A DNA stretch of 64,000 nucleotides, taken from the IMG/VR virus record IMGVR_UViG_3300027851_000021, positions 2,308 to 66,307 of that record. One strand, 5' to 3'. Below are positions 10,523-20,716 of this stretch, in pieces. The first letter of the stretch is position 1, and every line of letters starts with the position of its first letter. Source of the DNA: a virus. Both the position numbers and the translations under genes were made by a program. The notes below the pieces were generated by a model. It did not search any database, was not told the DNA's origin, and was given only the letters and a program-made list of their open reading frames with translations.

Positions 10523-10791
10523 TGGCAATCAAGAAAGCAATTAAAAGTGATTACGGCGTATACGCAACATACTGGAATGTCGCATTCTTACAGAACAATT
10601 TTATTGATAAGGTTCTGTATGTAAAATTGTTTGGATATTCAGATGCGGCTGTGCGACAAGATTCTGCTACTCCTTTGATGGTCATCGAAATGACTTGGCG
10701 CGAAGAAAATTATCCTGGGGATATAAATCGCCAAGAGTTGTATGCTCTGATTAAATTAATGTCCGAATTTACAGGGGCAGAAGATATTTAA
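10522..10791 (+). CDS. putative fibre assembly chaperone
   Basis: Small gene coupled by TAATG to the fibre gene; ends Y-x2-IK-x3-EF-x-GAED. Confidence 0.5.
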   Translation: MAIKKAIKSDYGVYATYWNVAFLQNNFIDKVLYVKLFGYSDAAVRQDSATPLMVIEMTWREENYPGDINRQELYALIKLMSEFTGAEDI

Positions 10792-10821
10792 AATTATTTT
10801 TAATTATTCCTAAGATTCTTG

Positions 10822-10850
10822 TTGATTTTTAAATAATGGTCCTATATAAT
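10822..10850 (+). promoter_or_regulatory. sigma70-like promoter for the head/tail operon
   Basis: TAAGATTCTTG-TTGATT-N17-TATAAT. Confidence 0.75.
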
Positions 10851-10880
10851 TAATATAGGTCAGTTATTTAAGAGAGCAAC

Positions 10881-12413
10881 ATGATTGAGAAAACAGTAGC
10901 CACACGTACGATGAATCTTATGAATTGTTCAACTAACTTGGACAATGTACGCAGAGAAAACTTTCAAGGTGTTGAACATCTTGTAGTACCTATTATTGCG
11001 TTAGTAGAAGGTGTAATTCATTCAGGAAACGCTCCTTATCCAGAATTAGCACTTTCAGAAGAATTCGGTCGTATTCCAGTTAGCTGGAACGGCCGTCCAG
11101 TTACTCTTAATCACCCTATGCGTGATGGTTTAAATGTTAGTGCATCTGAATCTCCTACAGTCTTTGAAGAAGAGGCTCTAGGATTTCTTTTTAATACCAC
11201 CTTAGATGGTACTAAATTAAAAACAGAAGCCTGGATTAATTTAGAAACAGTAGCTAATGCATCTCAAGAAGTTAAAGACACTATTGCAAGATTTGAAAAT
11301 CCTGCTGCTAATGACGTAGTAGAAGTATCTACAGGATTATTTGTCAATTCAGAAGCCTCTAGAGGCAGATTCAATAATGAACAATTTCAAGGCATTTGGC
11401 GAGATATCGTTCCTGATCATCTTGCTATTTTGCCTTTAGGTGTTATAGGCGCTTGTAGCGTCGCAGATGGCTGTGGAGGTCCTAGAATGAATGCACTCAA
11501 AGTTAATTGCGCCTGCCAAGAAAAACTAAACGACGTAAAAATCGAACCTACTACACCAGCACCCATTACAAATAAATTAGTGCTAGATCCGGAAAATGAA
11601 TCTTTAGAGCGGAATCGCTTTTTGCGAGGGCTCAAAGAGAAATTTGCTGGACTATTTTTTACAGCGAATGCTGGTATGGAATTATCAGACAGAGATACAC
11701 GTACAGCCATTGCTTCAGCATTAGCTGCTGAGAACGATGAAAAATGGTATGACATCGTAGCAGTATTCAAAAAAGAATTTATCTATTCGTCTTCCTGGGA
11801 CGGCTCTCTCGACCAGCGAAGCTATAAAATCTCAACCGATGGCACGGTCGCCCTCGGCAGTGAGACGGTGAGGGTTCGTCCCGAAACCACATTTGTTCCC
11901 GTAACGTTCAAGGAGGACTCAAGGATGAACAAGAAAGCCCTGATCGACGGTCTCATCGCCAACTCAGCTACCCAGTTTGAGGAAAGTGACCGAGCAACCC
12001 TCGAAACAATGTCAGAAGAAGTTCTGGCGAAATTAGCACCGAAGGAAACTCCGGCTGTTAATAAAGAAGTACCAGCAGTAGTTGCTGAACCTGTAGCAGC
12101 ACCTGCTGTAAACAAGGCTCCAGCTACACCAGAAGAATTCCTCGCGGCAGCTCCAAAAGAGATCCAAGCGGTATTGAATTCTGGCCTGGCAATGCATCGT
12201 GAACGTAAAGACTCTTTGGTAAAAGGTCTTATGGCTAATAGCCGTAATACTTTCAAAGAAGATGCTCTTCGTGCAATGGAAATGTCAACTCTTGAAGGTC
12301 TTGCTAAATTGGCAGATGTTCCAAGTTTTGATGGTCGTCAAGGAGCTACATTCTCTACGAATGATTCCAATGCGGTTCCTGAAGCACCTAAATTGTTCCC
12401 AACAAAACAATAA
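10881..12413 (+). CDS. head maturation protease/scaffold (DUF2213-like)
   Basis: PVTLNHP, EVSTG, DHLAILP..GACS..DGCG motifs; Ala/Pro-rich C-terminus. Confidence 0.8.
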   Translation: MIEKTVATRTMNLMNCSTNLDNVRRENFQGVEHLVVPIIALVEGVIHSGNAPYPELALSEEFGRIPVSWNGRPVTLNHPMRDGLNVSASESPTVFEEEALGFLFNTTLDGTKLKTEAWINLETVANASQEVKDTIARFENPAANDVVEVSTGLFVNSEASRGRFNNEQFQGIWRDIVPDHLAILPLGVIGACSVADGCGGPRMNALKVNCACQEKLNDVKIEPTTPAPITNKLVLDPENESLERNRFLRGLKEKFAGLFFTANAGMELSDRDTRTAIASALAAENDEKWYDIVAVFKKEFIYSSSWDGSLDQRSYKISTDGTVALGSETVRVRPETTFVPVTFKEDSRMNKKALIDGLIANSATQFEESDRATLETMSEEVLAKLAPKETPAVNKEVPAVVAEPVAAPAVNKAPATPEEFLAAAPKEIQAVLNSGLAMHRERKDSLVKGLMANSRNTFKEDALRAMEMSTLEGLAKLADVPSFDGRQGATFSTNDSNAVPEAPKLFPTKQ

Positions 12414-12425
12414 GGAGAATGGATT

Positions 12426-12911
12426 ATGGCAATTAAAACTATTACTGTAAAAGGTCGCGGTATCGGTAAAGAAGCACTTGCACAAGGTGCTATCACTCCT
12501 GGTATGCTTCTGGTAATGAACTCCGCAGGTCGTGTGTTAGCACACAACGTTGCAGGAGGCGCAGGTGCACCTAACTTCGCACGTGAGAATGAGCTCGCAG
12601 GTAAAGGTATTGATGTTGCATACGCAACTGACGATACTGTTATGTACGAAACTCTCTTCTCCGGGTGTGAAGTTAATGCATTGGTTGCAGCTAACGCCGC
12701 AGCTATCGCAGTTGGTGATGAACTTGTATCAAATGGTGCCGGTGGTTTGCGTAAGCGTACTACTACTCCTGATGCCGGAGCTTCCCCAAACCAAGCAACT
12801 ATCAACGCCGCCGTCGCTGCTGCTCAACAAGTTACCATTGCACGTTCTTTGGTAGCCTTGGATAACAGCGCCGTAGGTACAGCAGCTCGTATTCTCGTGG
12901 AGATTGTATAA
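12426..12911 (+). CDS. capsid decoration/cement protein
   Basis: Lies between protease and major capsid protein; ITPGMLL, IAVGDELVSNGAGGL. Confidence 0.7.
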   Translation: MAIKTITVKGRGIGKEALAQGAITPGMLLVMNSAGRVLAHNVAGGAGAPNFARENELAGKGIDVAYATDDTVMYETLFSGCEVNALVAANAAAIAVGDELVSNGAGGLRKRTTTPDAGASPNQATINAAVAAAQQVTIARSLVALDNSAVGTAARILVEIV

Positions 12912-13903
12912 TGATTAAAGAAACAGCACTAGTCGATAATTCTAACTCCCTGTTTAAATCTTCGGGTTCAGCAGGCGTTAAATTACTTAACAACAACTTT
13001 GATCATAACGTTCTTCGTACGAACGATGTTTTGATGAAAGATGAATGGTTGAAATTGGATCAAACCGTTATTGAAGTTGCTCGTCAACGTCTTATCGGTG
13101 TTAATGATTTGATGAGCCGTGGTCTTACATATCCTATTGCAAATGCTCTTGGCGTTACACGCGTTGAATGGCAGACACAGTCTGATATGGATCCTGCGGA
13201 AATCTCTATGTCAGGTGTTACAGAAGGTCGTGGAGATCGTCTGGAATATGCATTGACTGGAGTTCCTCTTCCGATCGTCCATAAAGACTTCACTATCAAT
13301 ATCCGTGCTTTGCAAGCATCACGTAACGGTGGTAATCCTATGGATACTACTCAAGCGCGTATTGCTTCCAAGCTGGTATCTGAGAAACTGGAATCTATTC
13401 TGTTCAATGGCGCATCAAGCATTAAAATGCAAGGTTCGACAATTTACGGATACAAAACATTCCCTAATCGTAACACCGGTTCTTTGACCGCGGGTGCATG
13501 GGATGCTACTCCAGTGGGTGACTCTATTGTTGCTGACGTATTGGCAATGGTACAAAAAGCTTACGATGACCATATGTATGGTCCGTTTGTACTTTACGTA
13601 CCTTTGAACATCATGACCTATATGGGTAATGACTTCAAAGCCAACAGTGACAAATCTATTATCCAACGTGTTAAAGAAATTGAAGGTATTGCAGATGTAC
13701 GTCCATCTGAAAACCTTACAGCTGAAGCATTGTTGGTACAGATGTCCTCAGATGTTGTTGATATGGTTGATGGTATTCAACCTACTGTATTGTCATGGGA
13801 ATCCCATGGTGGTATGGTTCTGAACTACAAAGTAATGGCCATTATGGTTCCACGCTTTAAGTCAGACTATTCAACACAATGTGGTATTGTTCACTATACC
13901 TAA
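12911..13903 (+). CDS. major capsid protein (HK97 fold, linocin/encapsulin-like family)
   Basis: 330 aa; PLPIVHKDFTINIRALQASR, YGPFVLYVP motifs; synteny. Confidence 0.85.
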   Translation: MIKETALVDNSNSLFKSSGSAGVKLLNNNFDHNVLRTNDVLMKDEWLKLDQTVIEVARQRLIGVNDLMSRGLTYPIANALGVTRVEWQTQSDMDPAEISMSGVTEGRGDRLEYALTGVPLPIVHKDFTINIRALQASRNGGNPMDTTQARIASKLVSEKLESILFNGASSIKMQGSTIYGYKTFPNRNTGSLTAGAWDATPVGDSIVADVLAMVQKAYDDHMYGPFVLYVPLNIMTYMGNDFKANSDKSIIQRVKEIEGIADVRPSENLTAEALLVQMSSDVVDMVDGIQPTVLSWESHGGMVLNYKVMAIMVPRFKSDYSTQCGIVHYT

Positions 13904-13924
13904 TAGCATTTAAAGGAGACATAA

Positions 13925-14191
13925 ATGACTACAGCAACACCAGCTGCTCCAGCAGCTACTACACCAGCGAAAGCAGCTCCGGCTGCAACAGCTGCACCTA
14001 CAGCAAAACCAGCTGCTCCTAAAAGAACTCCTTACCGCCTAATCGGTGGTAAGACTTTCTTGAGGGATGCAGAAGGTAATGAAGTAAAATATGTCAACGG
14101 CGATAAAGTACTACTTACTGCAGCGGAAGCAGCAGGACGTAAAGGCCAAATCGAACCATGGACTGAAGTAGTAACAGAAGCAGACGAGTAA
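13925..14191 (+). CDS. Ala/Pro-rich virion-associated protein
   Basis: AAGGAG RBS; directly after the capsid gene. Confidence 0.6.
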   Translation: MTTATPAAPAATTPAKAAPAATAAPTAKPAAPKRTPYRLIGGKTFLRDAEGNEVKYVNGDKVLLTAAEAAGRKGQIEPWTEVVTEADE

Positions 14192-14195
14192 TAAC

Positions 14196-14552
14196 ATGAT
14201 AAGAGTCACTGACAACGAGGTTAAGAAGATCATAGATACGAATAGAGATACGTCTATTTTTATCGATCAGGCACACCTCGTTGTCAATGAGGAACTATTA
14301 AGTAAAGGTTTATCCGAGGATAGACTAAGATCAATTGAATTATATCTTGCAGCACATTTCACAGCCCTCACAGAAGAACGTGGTGGGCTAACAAAATTTA
14401 AAGTGGGCGATGCTACTGAAGAGTATATGTTAGTTAAGGGTTCTGGATTTGCTGGAACAAGATATGGTCAAATGGCTATGGACATGGATACATCAGGTAC
14501 ATTAACCACTATTACAAACAACGCCAAGAGAGCTGAATTTAGGGTAGTATAA
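14196..14552 (+). CDS. head-tail adaptor
   Basis: ELYLAAHF and TRYGQ motifs; synteny. Confidence 0.75.
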   Translation: MIRVTDNEVKKIIDTNRDTSIFIDQAHLVVNEELLSKGLSEDRLRSIELYLAAHFTALTEERGGLTKFKVGDATEEYMLVKGSGFAGTRYGQMAMDMDTSGTLTTITNNAKRAEFRVV

Positions 14553-15199
14553 TGAAACAGATATTAGCAGCATTAGTACTTCTTTCAACCGCTTTAATTA
14601 GCGGTAATGCTTTAGCTGCACAAACTACCCGTACCGCTATTCAAACTGCAATCACAACTGATCTTGCAAGCGGAAGTAATATTACCGCAACTGAATTACG
14701 TACAATATTAACTAACGTAGCCGACAGCTGCTATGTTTTTAATACTGACACATTAAGTGTAGCTGAAGGTGGTACTAATTTAACTTCCTATACTTCAGGT
14801 GATTTTCTATATGCTACAGGTTCTACTACTTTAGCTAAACGTACAATAGGTACTACAGGGCAAGTATTAACAGTAGTAGGCGGAGTTCCTACATGGACAA
14901 CTAGCATTACTCAACCTATCAGAGTAGTTACAGCATCTGGAGCCATTACGGTCGCATTAACGGATCGTACAGTAGTAGTTAATAAAACAACCGGAGCTGC
15001 CTCAGCAGTAAGTTTGCCTGCAAGTGTATTAGCTGGACAAACATTTATTATTAAAGACGGTAAAGCTGATGCAAATACAAACAATATTACTATTACACCT
15101 AACTCGGGTACTATAGATGGATCGGCTACTTATGTTATTAATACTGCTAAAGGAGTAGTAAGATTACAATTTGATGGCACTAATTATTGGAGCTGGTAA
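14552..15199 (+). CDS. fibre-like protein with predicted signal peptide
   Basis: MKQILAALVLLSTALISGNALA N-terminus; LSVAEGGTN...GDFLYA...GTTGQVLT fibre motif. Confidence 0.6.
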   Translation: MKQILAALVLLSTALISGNALAAQTTRTAIQTAITTDLASGSNITATELRTILTNVADSCYVFNTDTLSVAEGGTNLTSYTSGDFLYATGSTTLAKRTIGTTGQVLTVVGGVPTWTTSITQPIRVVTASGAITVALTDRTVVVNKTTGAASAVSLPASVLAGQTFIIKDGKADANTNNITITPNSGTIDGSATYVINTAKGVVRLQFDGTNYWSW

Positions 15200-15540
15200 T
15201 GACTGTAAGAAATTGTTCTCCTGCTAGATATTTTCCTCAAGAGATTACGTGGTGGGCTAGGAATGCTACAGATAAGTTCGGACAATATACTTATAGTGCT
15301 CCAGTAGTAATTAAAGGGCGTTGGGAAGAAAAGAATGAACTATTTAGAAATCGTGCAGGTGATGAAGAAGTAAGTGCAGCAGTAGTTTATGTTGATAGGA
15401 ATATTGAAGTAGGTGACTACTTAATGTTAGGCGTAAGTAAATCTATGAACGTAACCTTAGTAGATGCACAGGAAGTTAAAAAATTTATGAGTACACCCGA
15501 TATTAGAACTTTAAGCAATGTACGTAAGGCGATATTATAA
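15199..15540 (+). CDS. head closure protein
   Basis: DKFGQ..Y..P..IKGRWEE; synteny; TAATG coupling. Confidence 0.65.
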   Translation: MTVRNCSPARYFPQEITWWARNATDKFGQYTYSAPVVIKGRWEEKNELFRNRAGDEEVSAAVVYVDRNIEVGDYLMLGVSKSMNVTLVDAQEVKKFMSTPDIRTLSNVRKAIL

Positions 15541-16001
15541 TGTCAACACAGTTTCGCGCAAAAGTAGGTACACAAAGGATCTCTAGTTCATTAGATCCTT
15601 CGCAAGCCTCTTATACACGAAGCATACGTACACAAATGCAAGCAATTGAAAAAGAAGTTAATCGTTTATGCAATGTTTTTGAAGCAGTAACACCTGAAGT
15701 CCTTATGGATGTATTAACACCTACTTTTGCTAAGGCTTTATTATATACACCATTGCTTACAGGAGCTTTACGCGGTAGTGGGTACTTAGTAACAAGCATA
15801 AGCGGAAACAAAGTTAAAGCGGAAATTGGTTTTGGTAAAGGTGGATATCCATTTTATGCAGCTTACGTACATGAAATGACAGATATAAAACACACAGCAC
15901 CTACTAGGGCTAAATTTCTGGAATCTGCTGTTATGGAAGACATGGGACAGATTGGCCCAAGACTTAGAAAAGCATTTAAGAACAGAGTAGGATTTAAGTA
16001 A
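15540..16001 (+). CDS. neck protein (HK97 gp10-like)
   Basis: TP..TGALRGS, YAAYVHE, AKFLESA. Confidence 0.75.
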   Translation: MSTQFRAKVGTQRISSSLDPSQASYTRSIRTQMQAIEKEVNRLCNVFEAVTPEVLMDVLTPTFAKALLYTPLLTGALRGSGYLVTSISGNKVKAEIGFGKGGYPFYAAYVHEMTDIKHTAPTRAKFLESAVMEDMGQIGPRLRKAFKNRVGFK

Positions 16002-16441
16002 TGTTAGATCTACTTACAGGAATACAAGAACTATTAGTTACAAAGGAAGTAGGAGTACTACCACCAATAACGGATCCAAATGCTTATGGAATTTTTGTCG
16101 GAAAAGCACCAGCAACTCCTTCAGGCTCCATTTCCGTCCGAAGAACCACTGGACTGGATTCCAATCCAAAATATTTATTAGACTATCCCTCAATCCAAAT
16201 CATGGTAAGAGGAAGGCCTAATGAATATGAGACTGCAAGTATAAAAGCGCAGTTGATCAAAGATACTTTGTTAGGACTACCAAGTCAAACGATAAAGGAT
16301 ATAAGATGGGTATTGATTAATATGATAGGTGATATAAATGACTTAGGTACAGATGATAATGATTGTCCACTTATGTCGCTCAACTTTCAATTTATTATAG
16401 AACCACCTGAATCCGTAGATAGCAACAGAATACCACTTTAA
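16001..16441 (+). CDS. tail terminator
   Basis: YPSIQIMVRG...LGTDDN..P..SLNF; directly before the tail tube gene. Confidence 0.7.
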   Translation: MLDLLTGIQELLVTKEVGVLPPITDPNAYGIFVGKAPATPSGSISVRRTTGLDSNPKYLLDYPSIQIMVRGRPNEYETASIKAQLIKDTLLGLPSQTIKDIRWVLINMIGDINDLGTDDNDCPLMSLNFQFIIEPPESVDSNRIPL

Positions 16442-16456
16442 ACATAGGAGATTACA

Positions 16457-17491
16457 ATGTCAAAATCAGTAGCAGTATCCGACGACGCCGGATCTACATA
16501 TTCTACACTTCCAGGTAATGCTGGGGAATTAAATAACGAAGCAGGTACCATGGATGATACCATCTTTGGTCAAACGTTTCAATCAAACGAATCCGGTCTT
16601 ATTAACTGGGGCGTAAATGCACAAGCTTTCTATAAAGGCTTTGCAGGGTATCAAGCTAAATTGAAAAAGCAAGGTACGTCAACAACTATGACTACTGAAG
16701 CTATGACACTAGTAGCAGGTAAAACTTACAAGATTACCGCAGCTACAAAGAACATCTGGGATCCTGCAGGTGTCTTTACTGTATTTGATGGTGGTGTAGA
16801 TCATACTGCAGATGTTCTAAGTATTAATTACTTGTTTGGACAAGTTACTTTTAAAGCTGCTTATACTCCTACAGGTGCAATCACTGTAACAGGTAAATAC
16901 TTCACTACCGTAGCTTTAGGTAATGCTCAAGCATTTACTTTGACACAGACTGCAGAAGCCGTTGATAACTCTGCCTTTGATACTGTACAAGCAAACGGTG
17001 GTTATAGAATCTTTACTTCAGGTCTACGTACTGTAGGCTTAGAGCTTTCAGGTTTCTATAATATCACCGCAGCTTATCGTGCAGCACTGCAATCACGTAG
17101 TACTATTATTATCGAGATTGATCCTGCAGGTACTGGTGCTTCTGTTGCTAGAGGATTCTTTAAACCTGTAACAGATAACCAAAACGGAGATGTTGGAGCA
17201 TTGGAAGAAGAAACTATTAGCTTCGTACTTCAAGTACCTTCTACAGATTATTTACCATTCTCATGGGATCATACATCAGGTACTACGTTGCATGCTTCCA
17301 TTAAGAAAGTAATTACTGCCTGGTTAACTCAAGTACCTATTATGGTTAAATACCTTTATGATGGTACTAATGGTGTTTCAGGTAACGCAATTGTTACTAA
17401 TATGTCGTTATCCAGTGGCCTGGATAAGATGAACGAATTTGCACTTGAGTTCCAAGGAACTGGAGTACAAACCACGGTAGGTACGGGTTAA
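16457..17491 (+). CDS. major tail (tube) protein
   Basis: Thr/Gly-rich 344 aa; strong RBS; synteny. Confidence 0.75.
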   Translation: MSKSVAVSDDAGSTYSTLPGNAGELNNEAGTMDDTIFGQTFQSNESGLINWGVNAQAFYKGFAGYQAKLKKQGTSTTMTTEAMTLVAGKTYKITAATKNIWDPAGVFTVFDGGVDHTADVLSINYLFGQVTFKAAYTPTGAITVTGKYFTTVALGNAQAFTLTQTAEAVDNSAFDTVQANGGYRIFTSGLRTVGLELSGFYNITAAYRAALQSRSTIIIEIDPAGTGASVARGFFKPVTDNQNGDVGALEEETISFVLQVPSTDYLPFSWDHTSGTTLHASIKKVITAWLTQVPIMVKYLYDGTNGVSGNAIVTNMSLSSGLDKMNEFALEFQGTGVQTTVGTG

Positions 17492-17537
17492 TAGTATCTA
17501 CTAAATTCAACCTGTCAACAAAGCTGAGGTATTACAA

Positions 17538-17924
17538 ATGACAGACCAAAACAAAGAAACTACCAGAGACGCTCTCCGTGCTAGCATTTTTAGCTCGGAG
17601 AATTCTCGTTATAAACGTACTCCACTTAATTTTAAAGGAACAGATCTTGAAATTAAGCAACCTACACTTACACAAGTGGCTGAAATGTGGACTAAGGAAA
17701 CTAGCACTGAGCGTGCGCTTTACCTTCTAATTAATCTTGCCTATATTCCGGGTACAGATATCCTAGTCTTCGAAGAAGGAGATATTGCTGACATTATTGC
17801 AATGCCTTATGGACCAGAGTTTACTCGGATTAATGAAATCCTTGCAGATTTCCTTAATGGCAATGCGAAGGAAGCAGAAAAAAACTCCGAAGCAACTCCT
17901 ACTTCTACAACATCCACGCAGTAG
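17538..17924 (+). CDS. tail assembly chaperone (gpG-like)
   Basis: Between tube and tape measure genes; ends ...EAEKNS over a slippery site. Confidence 0.75.
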   Translation: MTDQNKETTRDALRASIFSSENSRYKRTPLNFKGTDLEIKQPTLTQVAEMWTKETSTERALYLLINLAYIPGTDILVFEEGDIADIIAMPYGPEFTRINEILADFLNGNAKEAEKNSEATPTSTTSTQ

Positions 17925-18055
17925 CTGAGTTGCTAGGTAAATTTGTACATGAGGTTATGGCTGAGTGTACAATGACGGATATCGATAATTGGGCGGCGTA
18001 TGATAAGATCAAGACTGAACGAATCAAACGCAATTCCAAAAAGAATAAGAGATAA
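17879..18055 (+). CDS. -1 frameshift extension of the tail chaperone (gpGT-like)
   Basis: A AAA AAC heptamer at 17879-17885; -1 frame reads LRSNSYFYNIHAVAELLGKFVHEVMAECTMTDIDNWAAYDKIK... to TAA at 18053-18055. Confidence 0.75.
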   Translation, partial: KKLRSNSYFYNIHAVAELLGKFVHEVMAECTMTDIDNWAAYDKIKTERIKRNSKKNKR

Positions 18056-18076
18056 ACTTAACCCGAAGGGCACATT

Positions 18077-20716
18077 ATGGCACAAATAAATGTTGGTGAT
18101 GTAACCTTTGGGTTAGGAGCTGATATACGAGGTCTTGATAAGGCACGTACTGCTATGCAAGCTTTCGGTAAAGAAACCGATCGTATTGCAAGACTACAAG
18201 CTCAAGGAGCTGAAGTATCTGTTGCTGCATATGCGAAGCAAGAAGCTGCTATGCGTAAGGCATTAAATACTACTGTTCTGCTGCAAAATCAATTGCGTCA
18301 ATCAGGCGGATCTGCTGCTATGATTGGCCAGACAACCAATTCTTTAAATGCACTTACAAAAGCATTAGGTTCAGGCGAACTTAATGCCTCTCAGTATTCT
18401 CGTGCAATGGATCGTTTTAAAGTTTCCACAGATAAGGTAAAATCTACTTTAAAAACCCTAGAAGGTACACATTCACAAGCTACCACTACAGGTAATCGTT
18501 TTAGTACTATGTTAAAGGATTTACAATCAGCGTCCGTTTTAGCTGTCGGCCCACTAAGCGGCGTAGGGACGCGTATCAGTGCCTTTAGCGCTATTACTAG
18601 CCGCTCCACTTTAGCGCTTGGCGGCTTTGTATTAGGGGTTACTGCAGTAGGTGTTGCATTATTTAAAATGTCTTCGGCAGCTATTAAGACAGAACTTGAA
18701 ATTCAACGTATTAATTCAGCTTTATATGCTTCTGCTGGAACTACTACGGCCACTGCTAATGAATTCAATTATGTCGTAGGCGTATCTAAGAAACTGGGTC
18801 TCGAACTTAGTTCTACTGCACAAGCTTATTCACAGTTTACTGCTTCTGTTAAAGGTACTAATATTGAGGGTGCTGAAGCCAAAAAGATTTTTGAAGGTAC
18901 TGCTACTGCAGCTTCCGCTTTAAAATTGTCTGCAGCAGATACTGAAGGCGTCTTCCGTGCATTAACACAGATGATGTCTAAAGGTACAGTACAGGCTGAA
19001 GAACTTCGTGGACAGTTAGGTGATCGTATTCCTGGAGCATTTAGAGATGCTGCAGCTGCAATGGGTGTATCTGAACAGAAGCTCGGACAACTTATGAAGA
19101 AGGGAGAAGTTCTCTCAGAAGATTTGCTACCTAAGCTGGCTGAAAGATGGAAAGCTGTTTACGGAGATGCTGCGGCTAAGTCAGCTGACGGGTTGCAAGC
19201 AGCTATGAATAATGCAGCAACAGCACAAACATTATTTAACGTAGCTTTTAATGAAACCTTCGGAATTTCTGAAGCTGTAACTAAGAGCTTAAAAGCCTAT
19301 GCTAGTGTATTAGATTACCTTACAGGTAAGATGAATACCAGCGAAGCAGCTGTTATGAAATTTGGAGAGCAAGTATCTAAAGATACTGCCACTTTCTTAG
19401 ATGACCAAAAGAAAGTAATTACTGCTTCACGTGATCGTGTAGAAGGATATATTGCTGACGTTGCTGATATGAAATATCAGTCTACTATGCTGACTAATAA
19501 ACTGAAAGATGATCTTGCAACACAAATTGAAATGCAAAAAGAGCTGTCTTCAGGATTTACAGGTAAATTAGCTCAGTGGGGTGGTGGTACTGATAAACGT
19601 GATGCAGAAATTAAAGCAACACAAGAAAAAATTGCACAACAAGAAGCATTAGTAGCTAAGGCAAAAGAACAATTAGATCTATTGAATAAGCTTAAGACTA
19701 AAACAAATGAAAAAGGTGCCACTGGAACTAAACCTACAGCTAATGATAATACGGGTTCACCGAAGTTGGATAAACTTACGGAGATTAATGATGCTTTGAA
19801 AGTAACCCAAGAACGCACTGCAGCTATTAATGCAATGCCAGATTATTGGTTACAAGGTTCTGATTCTTTGAGACTGTTCAATAAGCAACTTGAACGCGGT
19901 AAACAATTAGAGGCTTTCAAAGATAAACTTATTCTAGCAGGCGTATCTCAGGATGTCTTTAACCAGAAAGTTAAAGCATTTAATGAAACTATGGCAGCTA
20001 ATGATGTAGCAGAGCTTCGGCTGAAAAAGATTGAAGATCGTGCCAAAGCCTTAGATGAAATCGGAGGTACAGCATTAGATCATTTTGGTGGATTCCTAGA
20101 AGACTTAAATGATGAGACTAAATCCTTTGGAGATGCTTGGAGTAGTATGGTTGATGGTATTATTAAAGACCTTCAACGTTGGGCTATTCAGCAATCAGTT
20201 ATTCAACCGTTGAAAGATCTTATTGGAGGATCTTCAGGTACTGGAGCTGACGGAATTTTTGGAAGCGTACTTGGGGCGGTAGCTGGAGCATTTGGTTCTT
20301 CTTTCGGATCCAGTAGCAGTAGCTATGGTGGCGTATTCCAAGCAGCTAATGCTAACGTTAATCCACAATTAACTTCGACATTGGACTCTTTATATAATAG
20401 TTCAGTAATACTTCCTGGACGCGCAAGAGGTGGTAATGTTAATGCAGGTAAACCATATATGGTAGGAGAAAACGGTCCAGAGCCATTTATTCCTAACTCT
20501 TCAGGTAAAATACTTCCTACAGACTTTATGTCAGGTACACAAGTTAATATTACCATTAACAACAATAACGGTTCTAAAGTTACGCAGTCACAAGATAGTA
20601 GCGGACGTAATATAGAAATCAGCATTGATGAAATGGTAGCAAAACAAATTAGCACTGTAGGTACACGCTCTAATAAAGCTGTACGTACAAGTGGCAATAG
20701 AATAGCAGGTAGATAA
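18077..20716 (+). CDS. tape measure protein
   Basis: Ala-rich helical 879 aa; QMMSKGTVQAEELRGQLGDRIPGA; C-terminal RARGG...YMVGENGPE. Confidence 0.92.
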   Translation: MAQINVGDVTFGLGADIRGLDKARTAMQAFGKETDRIARLQAQGAEVSVAAYAKQEAAMRKALNTTVLLQNQLRQSGGSAAMIGQTTNSLNALTKALGSGELNASQYSRAMDRFKVSTDKVKSTLKTLEGTHSQATTTGNRFSTMLKDLQSASVLAVGPLSGVGTRISAFSAITSRSTLALGGFVLGVTAVGVALFKMSSAAIKTELEIQRINSALYASAGTTTATANEFNYVVGVSKKLGLELSSTAQAYSQFTASVKGTNIEGAEAKKIFEGTATAASALKLSAADTEGVFRALTQMMSKGTVQAEELRGQLGDRIPGAFRDAAAAMGVSEQKLGQLMKKGEVLSEDLLPKLAERWKAVYGDAAAKSADGLQAAMNNAATAQTLFNVAFNETFGISEAVTKSLKAYASVLDYLTGKMNTSEAAVMKFGEQVSKDTATFLDDQKKVITASRDRVEGYIADVADMKYQSTMLTNKLKDDLATQIEMQKELSSGFTGKLAQWGGGTDKRDAEIKATQEKIAQQEALVAKAKEQLDLLNKLKTKTNEKGATGTKPTANDNTGSPKLDKLTEINDALKVTQERTAAINAMPDYWLQGSDSLRLFNKQLERGKQLEAFKDKLILAGVSQDVFNQKVKAFNETMAANDVAELRLKKIEDRAKALDEIGGTALDHFGGFLEDLNDETKSFGDAWSSMVDGIIKDLQRWAIQQSVIQPLKDLIGGSSGTGADGIFGSVLGAVAGAFGSSFGSSSSSYGGVFQAANANVNPQLTSTLDSLYNSSVILPGRARGGNVNAGKPYMVGENGPEPFIPNSSGKILPTDFMSGTQVNITINNNNGSKVTQSQDSSGRNIEISIDEMVAKQISTVGTRSNKAVRTSGNRIAGR

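Noticed and set aside
12911-13903. Encapsulin/linocin bacteriocin
   Set aside because: Its position between the protease/decoration and neck genes identifies it as the major capsid protein
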